IMG/VR virus record: IMGVR_UViG_2718218017_000002
Span: 18,406 to 82,405 of that record
DNA length: 64,000 nt
Strand: one strand, 5' to 3'
Source: a virus
Taxonomy: Duplodnaviria; Caudoviricetes
Shown here: positions 7,100-17,456 of the stretch, in pieces
How the letters are laid out: each line of letters begins with the position of its first letter
Position numbering within the stretch: the stretch's first letter is position 1
Translations under genes and position numbers: made by a program
The notes under the pieces: generated by a model
Told to the model about the DNA's origin: nothing
The model's database searches: none
Seen by the model: the letters and a program-made list of their open reading frames with translations, nothing else

Positions 7100-7240
7100 A
7101 TGGATGCACTTACAGTAAAGAAACTTAGAGAGTGCGAACTGGATAACAACGGGGAACTTTACGATCCGTTATCTGGAGAGACTTTTAAAGATATTGATGC
7201 ACTGACGGATGAGGAAGTAAAAATATTTATGGAGGGATAG
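7100..7240 (+). CDS. Small hypothetical protein, 46 aa (not in ORF track)
   Basis: AAGGTGA RBS; MDALTVKKLRECELDNNGELYDPLSGETFKDIDALTDEEVKIFMEG. Confidence 0.6.
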   Translation: MDALTVKKLRECELDNNGELYDPLSGETFKDIDALTDEEVKIFMEG

Positions 7241-7243
7241 AAT

Positions 7244-7513
7244 ATGTGGATTAGAAGCCAGAACAGGAAAAGACTTGTAAATGTTGGGATGCTGGATATT
7301 TGTGATACTAGAATTTTCGTTAGTGAATTGCCAGGCCAAATCCCAAAATCGGGTATTTGTATTGGAAAGTATGAGAGCGAAGAAAAAGCAGTTAAGGTAT
7401 TGGATGCAATACAAAAACATGTTGAATTGATAGAACATAATAGAATGTTTATTAATCAACCAGAAGAACAATACAATTATGAGTATTATATTTTTGAAAT
7501 GCCAGAGAAATAA
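7244..7513 (+). CDS. Hypothetical phage protein
   Basis: GGAGGG RBS; MWIRSQNRKRLVNV start. Confidence 0.75.
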   Translation: MWIRSQNRKRLVNVGMLDICDTRIFVSELPGQIPKSGICIGKYESEEKAVKVLDAIQKHVELIEHNRMFINQPEEQYNYEYYIFEMPEK

Positions 7514-7605
7514 AAAAAGCCCTCGCCAAAGGGCACAAAATTAAAACTTCGTTATCCCCATTCTACCGCAGAATGGGGGAAAAATCAAATATGGGAGGAA
7601 TTAAA

Positions 7606-7875
7606 ATGGCAAAATTTGATATTAATGAATCTATAGAGGCTCAAGCAAAATTATGTGAAGATAAAGACTATCCACATTTTGCACCAAGTTCAGGAAAATG
7701 CTGGTGTTGTAATCAAAATATCTACGAACAAATTGGCTGGAAGCGTGATGAATTTGGTGATGGAATAAGAGTTGATTTAGAAAAGGCTGATTTTAAAACA
7801 GGGATATCCACTGAAAAGGCCGGTAAAGAACTTATAACAGGTTGTCCACATTGTAATAGGACTTATTGTGATTAG
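7606..7875 (+). CDS. Putative zinc-binding phage protein
   Basis: CWCC and CPHCNRTYCD motifs; GGAGG RBS at ATG 7606. Confidence 0.75.
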   Translation: MAKFDINESIEAQAKLCEDKDYPHFAPSSGKCWCCNQNIYEQIGWKRDEFGDGIRVDLEKADFKTGISTEKAGKELITGCPHCNRTYCD

Positions 7876-7885
7876 GAGGTAGAAC

Positions 7886-9874
7886 ATGAGTAAAACAATA
7901 GTTTTAGAAAAACTGACTCTTAAGAATTTCAAAGGTATCAAGGACTTAACAATAGATTTTTCAAACATAACCAACATCTACGGTGACAATGCCACAGGAA
8001 AGACTACGATATTTGATGCCTTTACATGGCTTTTGTTTAACAAAGACAGCCAGGATATAAGCAAATTTGATGTACAACCACTTGATGGGGACAATAAAGT
8101 AGTTCATAGGGTTGATACGGAAGTGGAAGCAGTACTTGAGATAAATGGTGTGAACATGTTGTTAAGGAAACTCTTGAAAGAAAAGTGGGTTAAACCAAAG
8201 GGAAAAACTGAATCAGAGTTTCAGGGTGCCACTGCTTCTTACTATATTGATGATGTACCCAAGAAAGAGAAAGAGTATAAGAAGAAAATAAATGAAATCA
8301 TCCAGGAGGATATATTTAAGCTCCTGACAAATCCAATGCATTTCTCAACTAAAATGACATGGCAGGAAAGAAAAAATATACTCATGGGAATGATAGGTGA
8401 AATTACAGATCAGAATGTTATTGATTCAAAGGGAAAATTGAAACCTCTGGAAGAACTTCTTGTAAACAAGGATATAGATGAACTTAAAAAAAGCATAAAT
8501 GCATCAAGAAAGAAATTGATCAAGGACAAGGAGTCAATACCTCCTAGAGTTGACGAACTTAGAAAAAGTATAAGAAAAGAAGATATTGACTTTAAAGCCT
8601 TGGAGTTTAGAAAACGTGGAATAGTTGCAGGAATGAAAAGTGTGGAGGAGCAGCTCCTTGATAAGACAAAACTTGATGATGAACTATTTATGAAGAAAGA
8701 TAAACTTTATGGACTTAAATCCAAATTAAAAGATATTGAACATGAGGAAGTTGAAAAGGCCGAAAGTGGAAGAGATAAAATAGCCCAGGATATAAGCAGC
8801 TTGAATGGGGAAATAGCTGAACTCAAGTTTGATATTAAATCCCTTGAAATGGAGAAAAACAACAACCTTAAAATAGCCAGCAACTTAGAAGTAGAAGTTA
8901 AGAATTTAAGGGACAAGTGGTATGAGGAAGATGCAAAAGTTTTTGAACTTCCAGAAGATGCACGTATATGTCCTACCTGCCACCGTCCTTTTGACGAGGA
9001 GGATATTGAAAGCCACAGGCAAGAGATGGAGGGGAACTTTAAACAGAATAAGTCCAAAATCTTGAAAAGTATAAAAGCTCAAGGTTTAGAAAAATCTAAT
9101 GAACTTGAAAAGTATAAAGAGAGAGTATTGAATAATGAAACTGCCCTGAAAAATGCTAGGGATTCTCTGGAAAAGCTCAATAATGAAAAAGATAAACTTC
9201 AATCTGAAATAGATAACTTCAAGGTGACCATAGACCTTGATAGTAATATGGAATATCAGGAGATATTAAAACAGGTGGAAGACCTTGAAATGGAACTCTC
9301 AAAACCAGTGGAACGGGATACCCAGATAAGAGAACTTAAAGAGAGAAAAGAAAGTATAGAAAAAGAACTTGAGGAGGTCAACTACAAGCTGGGATACAGG
9401 GAAATGAATGATAGAACAAATGCCAGGATTGAGGAACTTTTGAACAAAGAAAAAGAGCTAAGCCAGCAGATTGCCAACTTGGATAAAAAAGAATCTCTGT
9501 GTGATGAATTCATAAAAACCAAGGTTGAACTTATGGAATCAAGTATTAATTCTAAATTCAAATATGTTAAGTTCAGATTCTTTAAAACCTTGGTTAATGG
9601 AGGGATTGAAGAGGGCTGTGAACCCCTTGTAGATGGAGTTCCATTTTCTACGAACTTGAATTCAGGTGCCAGAATTAATGCCGGTATAGATATTATAAAC
9701 ACCTTGTCTCAGCACTACGGAATTAATGCACCAATATTTATAGATAACAGGGAAAGCACCACAAAACTTATAGATGTAGAGAGTCAAGTAGTCAATCTAG
9801 TGGTAAGCAAGTCAGATAAAAAATTAAGAATTGAAAATGGTGAACTTGTGGAGGAAAAGCAGCTTGCAAGTTAA
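7886..9874 (+). CDS. SMC/Rad50-like AAA ATPase of the recombination module
   Basis: Walker A GDNATGKTT, long coiled coil with central CPTC hook, C-terminal LNSG signature and PIFIDNRES. Confidence 0.9.
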   Translation: MSKTIVLEKLTLKNFKGIKDLTIDFSNITNIYGDNATGKTTIFDAFTWLLFNKDSQDISKFDVQPLDGDNKVVHRVDTEVEAVLEINGVNMLLRKLLKEKWVKPKGKTESEFQGATASYYIDDVPKKEKEYKKKINEIIQEDIFKLLTNPMHFSTKMTWQERKNILMGMIGEITDQNVIDSKGKLKPLEELLVNKDIDELKKSINASRKKLIKDKESIPPRVDELRKSIRKEDIDFKALEFRKRGIVAGMKSVEEQLLDKTKLDDELFMKKDKLYGLKSKLKDIEHEEVEKAESGRDKIAQDISSLNGEIAELKFDIKSLEMEKNNNLKIASNLEVEVKNLRDKWYEEDAKVFELPEDARICPTCHRPFDEEDIESHRQEMEGNFKQNKSKILKSIKAQGLEKSNELEKYKERVLNNETALKNARDSLEKLNNEKDKLQSEIDNFKVTIDLDSNMEYQEILKQVEDLEMELSKPVERDTQIRELKERKESIEKELEEVNYKLGYREMNDRTNARIEELLNKEKELSQQIANLDKKESLCDEFIKTKVELMESSINSKFKYVKFRFFKTLVNGGIEEGCEPLVDGVPFSTNLNSGARINAGIDIINTLSQHYGINAPIFIDNRESTTKLIDVESQVVNLVVSKSDKKLRIENGELVEEKQLAS

Positions 9875-9900
9875 ATTGAGAATAAGGGAAGGTGATATAA

Positions 9901-10833
9901 ATGGAAAATAAAAGCACTGCAATAACACTAGCCAAAGAGGATGCCCTAAATCAGATAACGGAAAAGATAGGGGAACTTAGAAAAAATAATGATATAGCAT
10001 TTCCTCCTAATTATTCAGTTGCCAATGCCCTAAACAGTGCATGGCTCCAACTTCAGGAAGTCAAGGACAAGAGCAATAAACCGGCACTTGAGGTATGTAC
10101 CAAAAATTCAATTATAGGTTCTCTTTATGATATGTGCCTGCAGGGACTGACACCTGCTAAAAAACAATGCTATTTTATAGTCTACGGAAACCAGCTGCAG
10201 CTTATGAGAAGTTATATGGGAACTGTAGCAGTAACAAAGAGATTAAAAGGTGTTAAAGATATAAAAGCTTATTGCATTTACGAGGGTGATGAATTTGAAC
10301 AGACATATGATCTGGATACAGCAACTTTAAAGATTAGTAAATTCAATCCCAAGTTTGAAAATATAGATACAAATAAAATCAAAGGTGCCTTTGCAGTAGT
10401 AATCGGAGAGAATGGTCCCATCCATGTAGAGGTAATGAATATCGACCAGATTAGAAAAGCATGGGGACAGGGTATTGCCTATAAAAGTGGAAAATCTACA
10501 GCCCATAATAATTTTACAGATGAAATGGCAAAGAAATCGGTGATAAACAGGGCTTGCAAGATGTATGCAAATACTTCTGACGACAGTGACCTTTTGATTG
10601 AAGCTTTTAACAATACGGACAAGACCTATGATGAGGAGAGCATGGTAGGTAATGTTGAATATGAAGTTAAGGAAGAGATAAAGGAAAAGGCCAATAAGAA
10701 GTCTATAGATATAAAGGCTTCTGAGGAAAAGACGGAAAAGCAGAATGTAATTGATGTGGAGCCTGAGAAGGTGGAAGAAAAACATAATTCAACCCCTACA
10801 GAACAAACTGAAACGGAAGGGCCAGGATTTTGA
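9901..10833 (+). CDS. recT: RecT-family single-strand annealing recombinase
   Basis: GLTPAKKQCYFIVYGNQLQLMRSYMG and FTDEMAKKSVINRACK RecT motifs. Confidence 0.9.
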   Translation: MENKSTAITLAKEDALNQITEKIGELRKNNDIAFPPNYSVANALNSAWLQLQEVKDKSNKPALEVCTKNSIIGSLYDMCLQGLTPAKKQCYFIVYGNQLQLMRSYMGTVAVTKRLKGVKDIKAYCIYEGDEFEQTYDLDTATLKISKFNPKFENIDTNKIKGAFAVVIGENGPIHVEVMNIDQIRKAWGQGIAYKSGKSTAHNNFTDEMAKKSVINRACKMYANTSDDSDLLIEAFNNTDKTYDEESMVGNVEYEVKEEIKEKANKKSIDIKASEEKTEKQNVIDVEPEKVEEKHNSTPTEQTETEGPGF

Positions 10834-11558
10834 TGAAGCTCACAGTATTGGGGAGTGGTAGCAGTGGTAACTGCTATCTACTCCAGAATAAAGACGAAAT
10901 CTTAATTGTAGAATGTGGATTGTCCTATAAGACTATTTTAAAAGGACTGGATTTTAATTTGATGAATGTTGTAGGGTGTTTGGTCACCCATTGTCATAAG
11001 GATCATTCTAAGGCTATAAAGGAGTTTATCAATAACGGAATAGATGTTTACAGCAGCAGTGGAACATTAAAGGCAGTAGATGCTGGGGATTATAGAGCAC
11101 AAGTAATTGAATCTGAAAATCAGGTTTCTATAGGGTATTTTACTATACTTCCCTTTGAAACTGAACATGATGCAGTAGAGCCTTTAGGGTTTCTTATACA
11201 ACATAGTGATATGGGTAAACTGCTCTTTATTACAGATAGTTACTACTGCCAGTATAACTTTACAGGACTTAATCACATTATGATTGAGTGCAACTACAGT
11301 ATGGATATTGTAAATGAAAACTTTGAAAAGGGATTAATACATCCTGTGCTTAGAAACAGGCTTTTGAAATCTCATTTTAGCCTGGAGAATGTAAAAGAAT
11401 TTTTAAAGGTCACTGATTTAAGTCAGGTTAAAGATATTGTGCTTTTACATCTTAGTGATAGCAATAGTAATGCTGCACAGTTTCAAGAAGAGATAGAAAG
11501 GCTTACAGGAAAGCCTACCTATATTGCGGATAAAGGTTTGAAGATAGATTTATTTTAA
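10830..11558 (+). CDS. Metallo-beta-lactamase-fold hydrolase (nuclease partner of RecT)
   Basis: LGSGSSGNCY, THCHKDH, EHDA, TDS, LLHLS motifs. Confidence 0.9.
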   Translation: MMKLTVLGSGSSGNCYLLQNKDEILIVECGLSYKTILKGLDFNLMNVVGCLVTHCHKDHSKAIKEFINNGIDVYSSSGTLKAVDAGDYRAQVIESENQVSIGYFTILPFETEHDAVEPLGFLIQHSDMGKLLFITDSYYCQYNFTGLNHIMIECNYSMDIVNENFEKGLIHPVLRNRLLKSHFSLENVKEFLKVTDLSQVKDIVLLHLSDSNSNAAQFQEEIERLTGKPTYIADKGLKIDLF

Positions 11559-11571
11559 GGAGTATTGGATT

Positions 11572-12390
11572 ATGGGAGAAGGCAAAGGATGGATAAGTGT
11601 ACACAGAAAAATTCAATACAGTTGGTTATGGCAAGAGAAGCCTTTTTCTAAAGGCCAGGCTTGGATTGACCTTCTCCTGTCAGCCAACCATAAGGATAAG
11701 AAAACTTTACTTGGTAGTGAATTAATAAATGTAAAAAGAGGAAGTTTTATAACGTCACAAAAAAAATTAATGGAAAGATGGGGGTGGGGTACAGAAAAAA
11801 CTAGAAGGTTTTTAAAGCTCCTTGCTACCGAAGAAATGATAAAATTATCAACTGATAAAAGAAAAACTATGATTACAGTAGTGAATTATGAAGAGTACCA
11901 AAATCAGAACGGTTTAAATGAAGATATATCAACGAGTTCCGCCGATAACCAGAACGATAATGGATTACAAACAGATTACAAACAGAATGATAATGGATTA
12001 CAAACAGAGACAAACAATAATGATAATAAAGATAATAATATTACTACTACTGAAAAAGAGCCATGGGAAATAGCATTAAAATATTTTTGCCAAAAATCAG
12101 GAAAGCTGGATCTGAATTTAAAACCTCGTGAACTAGAAGCCGCCCAGAAGATTTGTAATGAGGTGCCGTCCCTCAATACAGTTCTAAGAGGTATAGATCA
12201 AGCCTTTGATAGATTCAAGCCAGATACTGAGAATGATAAAATAAACTCTTTTTGCTACTGCATAGGCATTATAAAAGATTTATGGAAACGTGAAAATATC
12301 AAGAATGGGGGTAAAAGTCATGATAGAGACCCAAAACAAGAAAATACAGAAAAGGGGATCGACAGCTCCGGGATTGGTTTCCACTTCTGA
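11572..12390 (+). CDS. Phage replisome organiser / replication initiator
   Basis: GWISVHRKI...KGQAWIDLLLSANH...RGSFITSQKKLMERWGW; internal DNA repeats; followed by a helicase loader. Confidence 0.85.
   Translation: MGEGKGWISVHRKIQYSWLWQEKPFSKGQAWIDLLLSANHKDKKTLLGSELINVKRGSFITSQKKLMERWGWGTEKTRRFLKLLATEEMIKLSTDKRKTMITVVNYEEYQNQNGLNEDISTSSADNQNDNGLQTDYKQNDNGLQTETNNNDNKDNNITTTEKEPWEIALKYFCQKSGKLDLNLKPRELEAAQKICNEVPSLNTVLRGIDQAFDRFKPDTENDKINSFCYCIGIIKDLWKRENIKNGGKSHDRDPKQENTEKGIDSSGIGFHF
11956..12016. repeat. Iteron-like repeats (probable phage origin) inside the initiator gene
   Basis: GATAATGGATTACAAACAGA at 11956 and 11989; TTACAAACAGA at 11965, 11976 and 11998. Confidence 0.7.
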
Positions 12391-13189
12391 AACAGAACTA
12401 GACAATTGTCCTGTTTGTGGTGAACCTACAGGAAAAGTGGTCAGGCTAATGGGGAGAAATTATATAGTCCCAAGGATGTGTAAGTGTAAAAAAGAAGCCT
12501 TTGAAGAAAACGAGCGTATATCTCAAGCCAGAGAAAAGCAGATTAGGCTTGAGAGAATATTTAATAACAGCTTAATGACCAGGGAGTTTAGGGAGTTCAC
12601 CTTTGAAAGCTGGGACCATACTTTGGGCAATGAGAGCATGTATGAACTAGGAATAAAGTATGTGAAATGTTTCAAAGAAAAAGCCTTGAAAGAAAACGTA
12701 GGCCTGCTTATTTACGGAAAGCCAGGTAACGGAAAAACATTTTTATCGGGGTGTATTGCTAATACACTTATAAAACAGTTTATACCTGTGGTTTGTGTTT
12801 CTGCTATTGGAATTTTGGAGAGGATAAAGAGCAGTTTCAGAAGCTACGGTGATGAAGGAGTGCAAAACATACTCAATTGCTTGGATAACGCAGATTTGGT
12901 GATTATTGACGATATAGGAGTTGAAAATAATACGGATTGGTCCAGAGCTACCATGTATCAAATATTGGATTCAAGATACAGGAAGAAAAAACCATTAATT
13001 ATAACGTCAAATCTGTCAATGAATCAGCTTAAGAGAAGATATGACAGGGACTGTGAATATGATATTGGCAGAACTGCAGATAGATTAATCCATGATATGT
13101 GTTCCCCTATTGAAAATACAGGTTCAAGTATACGGATAAAGAATGGGATTAGAAAAACCCAGATACTCAGAGATATACTAAACAGTTAG
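12320..13189 (+). CDS. DnaC/IstB-like ATPase (helicase loader)
   Basis: CPVC/CKC zinc motif, Walker A GKPGNGKT, IIDDIG, YQILDSRY, ITSNL. Confidence 0.9.
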   Translation: MIETQNKKIQKRGSTAPGLVSTSETELDNCPVCGEPTGKVVRLMGRNYIVPRMCKCKKEAFEENERISQAREKQIRLERIFNNSLMTREFREFTFESWDHTLGNESMYELGIKYVKCFKEKALKENVGLLIYGKPGNGKTFLSGCIANTLIKQFIPVVCVSAIGILERIKSSFRSYGDEGVQNILNCLDNADLVIIDDIGVENNTDWSRATMYQILDSRYRKKKPLIITSNLSMNQLKRRYDRDCEYDIGRTADRLIHDMCSPIENTGSSIRIKNGIRKTQILRDILNS

Positions 13190-13207
13190 AAAGTAAGGAG
13201 GAATAAT

Positions 13208-14035
13208 GTGAAACTTAAGAATTTAAGCAACATAAAGTGGATTGGTGGCAAACATGGAAAGGAAGAACGGTACCTGGAACTTATGCCTAAACATAAAATA
13301 TTTGCGGACTGTACTTTTGGAAGTGGAGCTGTGACTTTTTACAAGAGTGTCAAGTCTCCGGCCAAAATAACAGTTGTCAATGATAAAAATGACGAGCTTA
13401 TAAACTACATGCTTGTTTTAAGGGATAGACCGGAAGAATTATTCCATGCATGTGATGGGCTGCCATACAGTGAAGCACTTTATAAAAAATATAAATGGGA
13501 CCCTCTACCTGAGGATAGTTTAGAAAGAGCTGTCAGGTTTTTTTACAAGATGCGGTTGACATTCTCAGGAGGAGGCCACAAATACAGGAATGGATTAGGG
13601 CTTTCAAAGACTCAAGACAAGGCTGGGACTTATAGGTCTGCAGTTAACTTAATACCTAAGATGGCCCAAATAATCAAGACATGGAATATACTCTGCAGGG
13701 ATTTTCAGGAGGTAATTGATTTCTACGATACGGAAGATACATTGTTCTTCCTAGACCCTCCCTATGTGGGATATGAAAATATTTATGCGGGTGGATTTCA
13801 ACCAGAGGACCATTTGAGGCTAAGAAGGAGACTTGAAAAAATAAAGGGAAAAGCCATGGTCTGCTACTATCCGGATCCGTTGATTGATGAATTATATTAT
13901 GACTGGCACAGGGTTGAATACAATACAGCTTCACAGATTGAGGTTAGAAGTGATGGAGATAAGTGTCCGATCCGGACTGAATTAATTCTCATGAACTATA
14001 AACCTCAGGTAGAGGAACAGATGAAAATTGTTTGA
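13208..14035 (+). CDS. Dam-like (D12 class) DNA adenine methyltransferase
   Basis: KWIGGK, FGSGAV, LDPPY motifs. Confidence 0.9.
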   Translation: MKLKNLSNIKWIGGKHGKEERYLELMPKHKIFADCTFGSGAVTFYKSVKSPAKITVVNDKNDELINYMLVLRDRPEELFHACDGLPYSEALYKKYKWDPLPEDSLERAVRFFYKMRLTFSGGGHKYRNGLGLSKTQDKAGTYRSAVNLIPKMAQIIKTWNILCRDFQEVIDFYDTEDTLFFLDPPYVGYENIYAGGFQPEDHLRLRRRLEKIKGKAMVCYYPDPLIDELYYDWHRVEYNTASQIEVRSDGDKCPIRTELILMNYKPQVEEQMKIV

Positions 14036-14049
14036 TTGAGGTGATAAAA

Positions 14050-14475
14050 ATGGCAGTTGCATTCGAAAGAAAAAAAGAAACCCTGGACTTTGTAAGAGAT
14101 AACTGGGAAATCATGTACAAAAAGGACATAGCAAAGAAATTGGGCTGTAGTGCTTCAACCGTGAGCATAATAGGAACGGAATTGGGGTTGCCTATTCAGG
14201 GTAGGTCGAAGGAATCATTCTATCGCATAGATAGCATCAAGAGGATGAAAAATGATTTTAGACTGGGGGAGAAAATAACTTTAAGAGTAAGTTATGGTAA
14301 GGGTAGACGCAAAATCGTAAAAGGTATTGTGACCGATAAGACAGACTATTTGGTGCTGGTAAAGTGGAAAAAGTATGGAGAAGATAGGCGTGAAAGTTTT
14401 AGATATGATGAGTTCTGTGTGGGAGAAGTGCAGGTTGTTTCGCGAAATGAAAAATATATGACAGAAAGTTTGTGA
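14050..14475 (+). CDS. Hypothetical protein, N-terminal HTH-like segment
   Basis: KKDIAKKLGCSASTVS; GAGGTGA RBS. Confidence 0.7.
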   Translation: MAVAFERKKETLDFVRDNWEIMYKKDIAKKLGCSASTVSIIGTELGLPIQGRSKESFYRIDSIKRMKNDFRLGEKITLRVSYGKGRRKIVKGIVTDKTDYLVLVKWKKYGEDRRESFRYDEFCVGEVQVVSRNEKYMTESL

Positions 14476-14479
14476 GAAA

Positions 14480-15919
14480 ATGAAGCAGATTAGTATACTG
14501 GATGAAATTATAGTAGATAATTTCGCTGGAGGTGGCGGAGCATCAACTGGAATAGAGATGGCCACCGGGCATAGCGTAGAGATTGCAATTAACCATGATC
14601 CTGCAGCAATAGCCATGCATAAAGTGAATCATCCTCAGACAGAACATTATTGTGAATCTGTTTGGGAAGTTGATCCGGTGAAAGCTGTAAGAGGTAGAAG
14701 AGTTGGTTTAGCTTGGTTTAGTCCCGATTGTAAGCATTTTTCAAAGGCAAAAGGAGGAAAACCATGTGATAAAAAAATAAGAGGTTTAGCATGGATTGTA
14801 CTGAAATGGGCTGCTCTAGTCAGGCCACGGGTGATTATGCTTGAAAATGTAGAGGAGTTTCAGACTTGGGGACCTTTGAACAGAAGAAGGCATCCTATAA
14901 AAAATAAAAAGGGAGAAACTTATTGGAAATGGAGAAAGCAACTTGAAGCCTTAGGATATAAAGTTGATTCAAGAGAATTGATTGCAGCTGACTATGGAAC
15001 TCCAACAAAGAGAAAGCGTTTTTTTATGGTTGCAAGATGTGATGGTCAACCTATTATATGGCCTAAGAAAACTCATGGAGATAGAAATAGTGAGGAAGTT
15101 AAAAACGGAATACTAAAGCCGTATGTTCCAGCAGCTGAGGTTATTGATTGGAGTATCCCTTGCAAAAGCATATTTGGTAGAAAAAAGCCACTTGTGAAAA
15201 ATACTATGAAACGCATAGCAAGAGGAATACAAAAGTTTGTAATTGAAAATCCTGAGCCGTTTATAATGCAAATTGGTCAAACTGGATTCACGAAAGATAG
15301 AAATAAATCAATTCATGAGCCGTTAACAACTATAGTAAGTAAGGCAGAACATTGTTTAGTAACACCTTACTTAATTCAATATCATTCAGAAACCACTAAA
15401 GATGGAGTAAGAGGACAATCTATTAAAGAGCCAATTATGACATTAGATAGTTCACCCAGATATGGATTAGTAAGTGCGTTTATTATACAGATGAATAAAA
15501 ATATGATAGGAACAGATATGAAAGAACCTATTAATACCATTGTTGCAGGACCAGGACACATGGGAGAAGTAAGAGCTTTCTTGATTAAGTATTATGGTCA
15601 AGGTGTGGGGCAGGATATTAATGAACCATTAGATACTATAGTCAGTAAAGATAGATTTGGATTAGTTACAATTTATGGACAAGATTATCAAATAGCTGAT
15701 ATTGGAATGAGAATGCTAGAGCCTCATGAACTATTTGTAGCTCAAGGGTTTCCAAGTAACTATATTATAGATCATGATTATGAAGGGAAAAGATATCCGA
15801 AAACAGCTCAAGTAGCACGTTGTGGCAATGCAGTACCTCCACCCTTTGCAGAAGCACTGGTAAGAGCAAATCTTCCAGAGTTATGCGAAGGCAATGGAAG
15901 GTTTAGAGAAGTAGGTTAA
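14480..15919 (+). CDS. DNA cytosine-5 methyltransferase
   Basis: FAGGGG, catalytic SPDC, ENV, RKR and GNAV motifs. Confidence 0.92.
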   Translation: MKQISILDEIIVDNFAGGGGASTGIEMATGHSVEIAINHDPAAIAMHKVNHPQTEHYCESVWEVDPVKAVRGRRVGLAWFSPDCKHFSKAKGGKPCDKKIRGLAWIVLKWAALVRPRVIMLENVEEFQTWGPLNRRRHPIKNKKGETYWKWRKQLEALGYKVDSRELIAADYGTPTKRKRFFMVARCDGQPIIWPKKTHGDRNSEEVKNGILKPYVPAAEVIDWSIPCKSIFGRKKPLVKNTMKRIARGIQKFVIENPEPFIMQIGQTGFTKDRNKSIHEPLTTIVSKAEHCLVTPYLIQYHSETTKDGVRGQSIKEPIMTLDSSPRYGLVSAFIIQMNKNMIGTDMKEPINTIVAGPGHMGEVRAFLIKYYGQGVGQDINEPLDTIVSKDRFGLVTIYGQDYQIADIGMRMLEPHELFVAQGFPSNYIIDHDYEGKRYPKTAQVARCGNAVPPPFAEALVRANLPELCEGNGRFREVG

Positions 15920-16085
15920 TACGTGATGCAAACTTAATTTATATAAATAACAGCCAATTTAAGCCATAGGTATAGCAAATCTCAAAGAAGAGGGGACAAG
16001 TAGTATAATTAATCGTCTTGAAATTAGGATGGGTTTAAAAGGACTATATTAGAGTTTTAGAATATTAGTGTAGTAGGTGAGAAAG

Positions 16086-16202
16086 ATGAAAAAGAAAAGT
16101 CCTAAGATGTGCAATCATTACTGGAAAAGTGTTGGTAAAACTAGGTCGGGTGGAATTATTAAAAGATGTTTGATATGCGGTGAATATTGCATTGTTAAAT
16201 AA
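16086..16202 (+). CDS. Small zinc-ribbon-like peptide, 38 aa (not in ORF track)
   Basis: AGGTGA RBS; MKKKSPKMCNHYWKSVGKTRSGGIIKRCLICGE. Confidence 0.55.
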   Translation: MKKKSPKMCNHYWKSVGKTRSGGIIKRCLICGEYCIVK

Positions 16203-16218
16203 AAAGGAGTGAATATTA

Positions 16219-16947
16219 ATGAGCTATAAAGAAAAGTGCTTTGGATATTTTAGCAGTAACAAAGGACAAGAAAAAGGAGATTTATTAAAAGGTGCAGTTA
16301 GTAAATTTGGAATAACTAGGTTGACAGCAGAGAACTATTACTCCAGGTGGAAAGCTCAAAATCCAAGTTCCGTTGATGAGGTGGCAGAAAAGGCAGTAGA
16401 TTATATTTTTGGAGAAGGTGAAGGGGAAGAAATAGAAAAGAAAAAACCAAGTTTAACAGATGAGATGATACTTGAGGAATTAAATAAAATTGGGTTCAGT
16501 TATCTTTCGATAAGTACTAATATGATTAAATGCATTGCAAATAAATTTAACTTGGAAGAACATACTGCAAAATTTAGGTTGGAGGAATTGGCTAAGAAAA
16601 GAAAAGTTAAAAAAGAGGAGGTGAAACCGAAGCTATCGGGGGATGAAATAAATGAGTTATGTGAAAATACGGAGTTTGAAAAAGAGACTGTTGCTGTGGA
16701 CGATAAGCCGGCGAAGCCAGCCGATAAACCCTCGAAGGACTGCGAAGAATCGGCGAAAGATGTTAATAAAAAATTTGGGCAAAGACTGAAAATAGCGTTG
16801 CTCCAAGGGAAGGTAATGAGTTATGAAATTCAAGAGGGTGGATTTCTTTTAAGGCAAAAATCTTATATTAATAGCATACCAGTAGATTTCAAGGATATTG
16901 ATGATTTTATTGCAGAACTTAGGGAGCTTAAGGAAGTGATGGCATGA
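16219..16947 (+). CDS. Hypothetical phage protein
   Basis: AAGGAGTG RBS, 242 aa. Confidence 0.75.
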   Translation: MSYKEKCFGYFSSNKGQEKGDLLKGAVSKFGITRLTAENYYSRWKAQNPSSVDEVAEKAVDYIFGEGEGEEIEKKKPSLTDEMILEELNKIGFSYLSISTNMIKCIANKFNLEEHTAKFRLEELAKKRKVKKEEVKPKLSGDEINELCENTEFEKETVAVDDKPAKPADKPSKDCEESAKDVNKKFGQRLKIALLQGKVMSYEIQEGGFLLRQKSYINSIPVDFKDIDDFIAELRELKEVMA

Positions 16948-17456
16948 TTTTAGCAATAGATCCGGGTAATAGAGAAAGTGCCTATGTGGTGATGGATTAT
17001 AATTTAAAGCCTATAGAGTTTGGAAAGTTTGGAAATGAAGATGTTAGGCAGGAATTGAGAAGAAATATTAAAAAATATGGACATGAATTAAGAATAGCAA
17101 TAGAAATGGTAGCAAGTTATGGTATGGCTGTGGGGCGTGAAGTATTTGAAACCTGCGTATGGATTGGCAGATTTACTGAGATGGTAGAACAATTCAACAT
17201 GAATACAAATTATATATATCGTAAAGATGAAAAGCTGAATTTGTGCAATTCTCAGAGAGCAAATGATAGTACTATAACACAAGCTCTAGTGGATAGATTT
17301 GCATATGGAACACGGAACCATGGCAAGGGCACGAAAAAGGCTCCAGGGTGGTTTTATGGATTTAAGAAAGACATATGGCAGGCTTATGCAGTGGGAGTTA
17401 CTTATTTTGATTTGTATTTGGCTAGAGATGGAATATGGGAGAGGAGGGCAAAGTAA
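16944..17456 (+). CDS. RuvC-like Holliday junction resolvase
   Basis: MILAIDPGN, AIEMV and KKDIWQAYAV acidic triad pattern. Confidence 0.8.
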   Translation: MILAIDPGNRESAYVVMDYNLKPIEFGKFGNEDVRQELRRNIKKYGHELRIAIEMVASYGMAVGREVFETCVWIGRFTEMVEQFNMNTNYIYRKDEKLNLCNSQRANDSTITQALVDRFAYGTRNHGKGTKKAPGWFYGFKKDIWQAYAVGVTYFDLYLARDGIWERRAK

